A stretch of DNA of 40,000 nt from Nitrosopumilus sp. (GTDB taxonomy: Archaea > Thermoproteota > Nitrososphaeria > Nitrososphaerales > Nitrosopumilaceae): contig NZ_JAILWC010000004.1 in NCBI RefSeq assembly GCF_025699125.1, forward strand, positions 160,735 to 200,734, in the 5' to 3' direction. The stretch's first letter is position 1. Every line of letters begins with the position of its first letter. The position numbers were made by a program, and so were the translations under genes. This document shows, piece by piece, positions 34,792 to 40,000 of the stretch. The notes under the pieces were generated by a model. That model was not told the DNA's origin. It ran no database searches and saw nothing but the letters and a program-made list of their open reading frames with translations.

Positions 34792-35709
34792 ATGATGAAA
34801 ATTCCCAAAATTCCTTCGTCAGTTGAGAATTGGTCTATAGAAAAAATAGATGAGTTGATTCAATATGTGGGGATTGAATCAGATACTTTTGATTTTAAAA
34901 AAGAACCAAATCAATTAGAAGAACATATCTGTGCAATGGCAAATACCAAGGGAGGACATCTAGTATTGGGGATTGAACAAATTGATAGTGAAGATGGAAA
35001 GCAAATTGTAAAATTTGAAAAACGTGGGTTTAAACATGGTTTTGAAGATAACATTAAAAATCAAATCAGTAACAGTGTTCTTCTGATAGAACCAATACCT
35101 GATGTGGATATTATTCCAGTTCATGAAAAAGATAACAAAAAATTCTATATCGTAATCCAAATTCAAAATAATTTTTCAAATAAACCTTATTTTGTACGTT
35201 CAACTGACCAGTGTTTTGTAAGAATTCATAACTCAAAAATACGTGCAAATCGTTCAATTATTTTTAATTTATTTGGAACATCAATCGAACAGAGGAAAAA
35301 TCTTGAAAGTTTACGTTCTGCAAGTAGTATGGTGGAAGAATCTTTTAGACATGTTATTAGCAGAATTTATTTTGTTTCGCCTGAGTCAAACATGAAAATT
35401 TCTCTTCTAGAATTATCGTATTTACGAACTACTGCTGTTTCTTGTGATGCATTTCTAAAAGAAAGAGACTTGTGGGGCGAACATACTGGACAAGGCAGTT
35501 ACACTCATGGAATTAATTCTTTATTGCATGATTTAGAATTTATGAACACATACATCAAATCATACAACGATTCACATGATACTGATGAAAGACGTGATCT
35601 GAAAGGACAACTGTCGTCATACAGTTTGGGTAGCACGTTTGAGACACAAACATTAGAAATGTTTGATAAAATAATCTGTTCCGTAGATGTATTTCTTTCA
35701 AAAATATGA
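34792..35709 (+). CDS. Schlafen/AlbA_2 (divergent AAA_4) domain protein
   Basis: 305 aa. ESDTFDFKKEPNQLEEHICAMANTKGGHLVLGIEQIDSEDGKQIV matches the AlbA_2 signature (E..eFK....l...icAfaNt.GG.l.lGv). The start lies 1 nt after the upstream stop. Confidence 0.6.
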   Translation: MMKIPKIPSSVENWSIEKIDELIQYVGIESDTFDFKKEPNQLEEHICAMANTKGGHLVLGIEQIDSEDGKQIVKFEKRGFKHGFEDNIKNQISNSVLLIEPIPDVDIIPVHEKDNKKFYIVIQIQNNFSNKPYFVRSTDQCFVRIHNSKIRANRSIIFNLFGTSIEQRKNLESLRSASSMVEESFRHVISRIYFVSPESNMKISLLELSYLRTTAVSCDAFLKERDLWGEHTGQGSYTHGINSLLHDLEFMNTYIKSYNDSHDTDERRDLKGQLSSYSLGSTFETQTLEMFDKIICSVDVFLSKI

Positions 35710-35744
35710 TCATACCTTATTAGTATGAAAATAATTTGTTGGAT

Positions 35745-37262
35745 ATGAGTGATTTTAACTCAAATCGGATTTTTACAATTTTATTTTCACTAATATTGTC
35801 ATTATTAATTGCAAGTCAAATCACTGCAATAGTTTCGGTATATGAAAATATATTAAAACTAATTATTGATGACTATTCAGAAGAGTTATTAAAATCACTC
35901 ATTTTTAATCTTGGAAAAAATATCTTTTTTACATTAATTTTTGCCCTGTTGATTTTTGTTGGAATTAAAAAATTTCTAAAATTCAAACAAAAAGAATTCG
36001 GAACTGTGGATGAATTCAAACAAATCTTTCGTGTTATGATTACCAAGAAGCGTCTTTTCTTCTCATTTCTTCTAGCATCTATTATGCTTTGTTTAGGAAT
36101 TGCATCTTCTTATTATGCGACTGATATTTTGTCCACATTAATTAATGAAGGCGGACTTTCAAACCCCATTTCGAATGAACAGAAAAAGTTGTTAACTGAT
36201 TTAGCATTAGAACTTAGTTTTGGAGTCATTTTCATAATATGGGGCACATCTACAATTATTCGGATTTTTCAAACTGCATCTTCTTCTCTTCACGATAGCA
36301 AGATATCTGCAATAACTACAACCATTACTACAAAATACAGTGAGAAAAAAATCTCAAAACCATCTAGAATAAAAAATCAATTAATTCAAAATCCGATATG
36401 GAAAATTTTTCTATATGTCATAATTGTGCCGTGTATTTTTTTACTTTTAATTTTTTACAGTTCAGATATTCTTAAATCAATTAATTCCAATTTCGAAACA
36501 CCCATACTGCCTTTTGGACCATATGTTATCTATTTGATGATGATTTTCATTTCGATAGTTAATAACAGATATGTAAGCACATATAAAAAAACCAATGTTT
36601 CAAAACATTTTGAAATTTTAGGTTCAAAATACATAATTAAAGAAAATCGTATATTGGAAAAAATTTATCTTGTGACATTTATTCTCATGATTATTTCAGT
36701 AATCATCTTTGTAGCATACATTGTGATAAATCCTCAAAGCGATGACATAAATGCAGAACAATTGGATCCTATTGCTGTATTCTTTTTTTCATTATTCTTT
36801 GGGTTTATGCTCATGTTTACAATCACATCTGTAAAAATAAAAGTGGATCGTGATAAAGATGATTTTTTACTATGGATATCTGGGGGGTTTTTCGAAGAAG
36901 GATTAAAAAATAAAGATAAAATTAAAGAGTATTTGGATTATGGTTTACAATCATACAATACTTTTTTTAAAATACATCACAAGCAAAAAATTATTGATAT
37001 TCAACATATCATTATTGAGATTGTTTCTAAAAAAGAATCAGAAAAAATACAAATTATTCAAAAACTAATAGCGTCATTTAAATCCAATAACAATTATGAT
37101 GCACTGAATGAAATATGCAAACTAATGGGCGTGAAATCACATAATATCATTACATCTAACAAATTTGTTTTAAAAATAAAAGATTGGGGAACTTTCATCA
37201 TCTCGGTTTTGATATTAACATTAACAATTATGTGGTATTGGAAAGAAGGATTATTTTCTTAA
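35745..37262 (+). CDS. polytopic membrane protein with soluble C-terminal region (hypothetical)
   Basis: About 505 aa with at least 8 hydrophobic helices. The track start is TTG at 35736 and an ATG lies at 35745. The stop codon (37260-37262) overlaps the first 2 nt of the right TIR. Confidence 0.6.
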   Translation: MSDFNSNRIFTILFSLILSLLIASQITAIVSVYENILKLIIDDYSEELLKSLIFNLGKNIFFTLIFALLIFVGIKKFLKFKQKEFGTVDEFKQIFRVMITKKRLFFSFLLASIMLCLGIASSYYATDILSTLINEGGLSNPISNEQKKLLTDLALELSFGVIFIIWGTSTIIRIFQTASSSLHDSKISAITTTITTKYSEKKISKPSRIKNQLIQNPIWKIFLYVIIVPCIFLLLIFYSSDILKSINSNFETPILPFGPYVIYLMMIFISIVNNRYVSTYKKTNVSKHFEILGSKYIIKENRILEKIYLVTFILMIISVIIFVAYIVINPQSDDINAEQLDPIAVFFFSLFFGFMLMFTITSVKIKVDRDKDDFLLWISGGFFEEGLKNKDKIKEYLDYGLQSYNTFFKIHHKQKIIDIQHIIIEIVSKKESEKIQIIQKLIASFKSNNNYDALNEICKLMGVKSHNIITSNKFVLKIKDWGTFIISVLILTLTIMWYWKEGLFS

Positions 37263-37311
37263 GCATTACGACAAAGCGTCATAAAATCACGAGTAAAGTG
37301 GGGGGATACTG
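37261..37311 (-). repeat. right terminal inverted repeat
   Basis: The sequence is aagcattacgacaaagcgtcataaaatcacgagtaaagtgggggggatactg, and its reverse complement aligns with 25937-25986. Confidence 0.8.
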
Positions 37312-37313
37312 TT

Positions 37314-37334
37314 TTTATCGACAAACAGTAAAAA
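37314..37334. repeat. right copy of 21-nt direct repeat (target-site duplication)
   Basis: It is identical to 25916-25936. The 5 T at 37312-37316 could belong to either the TIR or the TSD. Confidence 0.8.
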
Positions 37335-37425
37335 GGGAACGCCCCCTCTTTGTGAGTAAAATTGTGCTAGGAACTAGGTAAATTTTGAGAGTCTGTTTAG
37401 TTTAAAATTATCTTGAGTAAATTAA

Positions 37426-38148
37426 TCAGCGAAAATTCTCTAATTCTATGGTGATCTTTTCAATTAGTTTTTCTAGTGGAGGTATGAGAAAATTAATGCT
37501 TTCTCTACTGATGATGTTTTCATAAATGCTAACACGATGTGTTTTGGTTATTTGAATAAACGCAAACAGACTATACAACGTATCTGAATCAATCACATCA
37601 TTAGATAATTCAATAACATGCTCGATGCTTTGAATTGGTTCCTCGATTGGATAATTAAGATAGGAGACATACGAATCTTGGTCATGTTCTGGATAGATAT
37701 ATTGTTCTCCTCCTTCTGGAATGGCTTGTCTAATCTGTTTTATACCATTAAGTACATTAAATAATTCAAGAATAATCTTGCGGTATGCAAAGTTTTTACG
37801 ATTATTTGTAAACAAAGATTGTTGTTCTATTGTCTCCAGTAGTTTTTTATCTAGATCCAATTGGGATTTTTCCATATTTTGAATCTCTATAACTAATTCA
37901 GAAATTTCACCTTGTTGAGATTTCATTTGTTTTTTGTATTTTTTATCAAACAATAACACTACTCCTGAAATAAATCCTGCAATACCTACTTCAATTACGA
38001 CTGCGGCCCAGTTCATGAAATCGTTTTCTGTTTTGTAATCTATTTGATAGATGCCAGAAATAACCAAAATTACACCTACGATTAACATTGATGTGGCAAC
38101 AACTAGAATTACAAACATATATGCAGACAGAAATTTTTCTTTGCTCAT
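37426..38148 (-). CDS. two-TM membrane protein with coiled-coil cytoplasmic domain (hypothetical)
   Basis: 240 aa, ATG start. Two N-terminal TM helices are followed by QQGEISELVIEIQNMEKSQLDLDKKLLETIEQQ. Confidence 0.55.
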   Translation of the reverse strand: MSKEKFLSAYMFVILVVATSMLIVGVILVISGIYQIDYKTENDFMNWAAVVIEVGIAGFISGVVLLFDKKYKKQMKSQQGEISELVIEIQNMEKSQLDLDKKLLETIEQQSLFTNNRKNFAYRKIILELFNVLNGIKQIRQAIPEGGEQYIYPEHDQDSYVSYLNYPIEEPIQSIEHVIELSNDVIDSDTLYSLFAFIQITKTHRVSIYENIISRESINFLIPPLEKLIEKITIELENFR

Positions 38149-38185
38149 AATTAATCCTCACCTAGTTTTTTTGGTAAGAATTGTA

Positions 38186-39109
38186 TTATTTGTTTTTCTT
38201 TTTTGTATTATTGTAATATCGCTTTGCTACAAATACAAAAAACCCAATAATGTATAATGTAACACTGGATATGGTTAAAACTTCAAACCAAGTAAGGTCA
38301 GGAGGAATAAAATCAGTCATTGCTACAATACTTGACAAAATCAAAATAGAAACAGCAGCAAAATATGTCACATGCAAAACGAATGTATCAGATCTTATCC
38401 ACAATGCATGACCAATCATTAGTAATATTGGCATTCCAGTTAAGACAAGATATGGAATAATTTTCTGTTGATAATTTTCAGCGTTTGCTATCTCAACATC
38501 AAATTGAAAAATCGTTGAATCTTCAAATTTTGGATTTATGTCTGGGACTAATTCTCGTATTTTCTCAAAACTGGTTTCATGTGGAGTTATCATTAGACTC
38601 CAACTAGGGTTTTGTGAAAAATCTCCTACCTTGTAAATATTAATATCACTACTAGCATCATCCCACTTGTCATAACATAATTTTACATCTTTATCAAATT
38701 CTAAAAATAATGGAAATTCGTATGTTTGATATGGCCACAGATTTGGAGAATCAAAAATAGGCGTAATTCTTCTTTCATGAATATGTTGATTTACTTCAGT
38801 TTCAAAATACCCTTTATCGTTTTTTTCAATCACATGAATAATCTGTGCTCCCAAGTAAGGATATCTTCTATGAATAACTTGAAAAGATTCTGTTTGTTTA
38901 TCTTCATCCTCTGCATCAAAATCAATAATAGCATACACTTGTTTGTTTAACACGTCAAATTCTTGCAATCCTACAGTATAATGAAAATTGAGTTCTCGAA
39001 TTCCATCTTCATTTAGACAAATTTTACCTAACGATGTAGAAACTGCATGTGCATTTAACGGTACCCAGATAACTAGCACAAATATGAATATCATAAGATA
39101 TTTTTTCAA
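38186..39109 (-). CDS. signal-peptide protein with extracytoplasmic domain and three C-terminal TM helices (hypothetical)
   Basis: 307 aa. The signal peptide is MKKYLMIFIFVLVIWVPLNAHA. TTG start at 39109, with an ATG alternative at 39094. Confidence 0.55.
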   Translation of the reverse strand: MKKYLMIFIFVLVIWVPLNAHAVSTSLGKICLNEDGIRELNFHYTVGLQEFDVLNKQVYAIIDFDAEDEDKQTESFQVIHRRYPYLGAQIIHVIEKNDKGYFETEVNQHIHERRITPIFDSPNLWPYQTYEFPLFLEFDKDVKLCYDKWDDASSDINIYKVGDFSQNPSWSLMITPHETSFEKIRELVPDINPKFEDSTIFQFDVEIANAENYQQKIIPYLVLTGMPILLMIGHALWIRSDTFVLHVTYFAAVSILILSSIVAMTDFIPPDLTWFEVLTISSVTLYIIGFFVFVAKRYYNNTKKKNK

Positions 39110-39213
39110 TGATTTTTTTGGTACAGTGCTCTATTTCAAAATTTGTGTCTCTAAAATTTCATATATTGAACAAATAAACAAAGATTCTGGAAAAAGAAGA
39201 AATAATCAAAAAT

Positions 39214-40000
39214 ATGGTGCCTATAATTCGGGAAATGTTTGAAAACAAAGAATCCTTTGTTAATCTACTAAATCTGGCATTGAGATTAAACATCTCAAAG
39301 AGGATATCCTATGACAAAATAATTGAAACTATGATCAATGACAATATGGAAAAAGAATTTTGCCAAAAATTAATGAATGCAGAAAGTTTTGAAGGAATTG
39401 TAAAACGATATTCCATTTGGAAAGCAACTGATTTTTTTTCAAAAGAAGAATTATTATTAATTGCAGACATATTGAGTGAAAAAGAGAAAAAATGGAAATA
39501 TGATTCTAAAAACATTGATTCATTAAGTTTACAAATTACACAAAATACAAAACCTGAAGATTTTGCTGAAATTTTACCAAAACTGATTTTAGAGCACAAA
39601 ATAGATCCATTGTCTCAAAAAGGAAAATGGGTTGTAGGTGCGTTGGGAATTACAAAATCTGTAACAACTAGAAAACAAACTGATGCTGATGATTTGATAA
39701 GTCTTTTGTTAAAATACTTGAATATTAATTCTGTTGAAAAGTTTATTGAAAAATCTATTTTCCTACCAAAGAATAACAATTATGATAGAACTGAGCCTAT
39801 AACATATCTAAAATATCTACAACTAATTCTAACATATGGTGAAGATGACGATATCCTTTCAATTTTGAATCAACTAATTGATGAATCCATAATCAATATA
39901 CATAATGACGAAGTGTTTTGGAATTACACCATAACCCCATGCGGGATATTTGAAGATTCAGTGTATGATCCTGTTGAAAGAATGACTGAAATTATTTTAA
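39214..40000 (+). CDS. hypothetical protein, 3'-truncated by window end
   Basis: Hand translation from ATG 39214 (MVPIIREMFENKESFVNLLNLALRLN...) stays open for 262 codons to the window edge, with an in-frame stop upstream at 39175. It is absent from the track because it has no stop, and it supersedes the antisense ORF 39309-39599. Confidence 0.6.
   Translation, partial: MVPIIREMFENKESFVNLLNLALRLNISKRISYDKIIETMINDNMEKEFCQKLMNAESFEGIVKRYSIWKATDFFSKEELLLIADILSEKEKKWKYDSKNIDSLSLQITQNTKPEDFAEILPKLILEHKIDPLSQKGKWVVGALGITKSVTTRKQTDADDLISLLLKYLNINSVEKFIEKSIFLPKNNNYDRTEPITYLKYLQLILTYGEDDDILSILNQLIDESIINIHNDEVFWNYTITPCGIFEDSVYDPVERMTEIIL

Larger units (their letters stand above)
25937..37311. mobile_element. 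casposon (Cas1 casposase + protein-primed-type PolB self-synthesising transposon), 11,375 bp TIR to TIR
   Basis: A solo cas1 and a family B polymerase lie inside imperfect TIRs flanked by a perfect direct repeat. No CRISPR array or other cas genes occur in the window. See the individual features. Confidence 0.85.

Noticed and set aside
37184-37381. 65-aa plus-strand ORF spanning the right TIR and TSD
   Set aside because: It overlaps the end of the membrane-protein gene in another frame and crosses the transposon boundary, so it is most likely fortuitous.
39309-39599. 96-aa minus-strand track ORF
   Set aside because: It lies antisense inside a plus-strand reading frame that stays open for 262 codons from ATG 39214 to the window edge.

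Overview
This is an AT-rich archaeal chromosome segment. TFB, a CdvB/ESCRT-III homologue, a multicopper oxidase with a fused cupredoxin, frequent TTG/GTG starts and paralogous RHH proteins suggest a Nitrosopumilus-like ammonia-oxidising thaumarchaeon (inference only, no database search possible). The window has four parts. (1) 0.9-4 kb: a wHTH protein, a CdvB-family gene and a secreted repeat protein. (2) 4.2-11.8 kb: a six-gene minus-strand operon for a complex-I / group-4-hydrogenase-like membrane module. Its large subunit has lost all four NiFe-ligand cysteines, so it is Ehr-like and not a true hydrogenase. (3) 11.9-25.8 kb: regulators (two RHH paralogues, TFB plus stand-alone RAM-domain proteins, one of them frameshifted), secreted and membrane ORFans, and a copper/metal island. 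The island holds a multicopper oxidase, CopA P-type ATPase, an Lrp-HTH+TRASH regulator, DoxX, a 23% methionine protein and a CDF transporter. A palindrome TTTACA-N2-TGTAAA recurs at its promoters. (4) 25.9-37.3 kb is the main finding: an apparently intact casposon of 11,375 bp. It carries a solo Cas1 casposase and a protein-primed-type family B DNA polymerase, is bounded by ~50-bp imperfect terminal inverted repeats, and is flanked by a perfect 21-nt direct repeat. Two candidate defence-like cargo modules sit inside it. One is an ABC/AAA_15-type ATPase translationally coupled to a PIN-like protein. The other is a three-gene cassette of a wHTH-TIR-like protein, a Schlafen/AlbA_2-domain protein and a polytopic membrane protein, preceded by a 790-bp non-coding region packed with AGTAAA(A/G)T iterons and palindromes. 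To the right of the element are ORFan membrane genes. I found no rRNA, tRNA or CRISPR array. Several real-looking genes are missing from the ORF track because they are shorter than 60 aa, frameshifted or run off the window.
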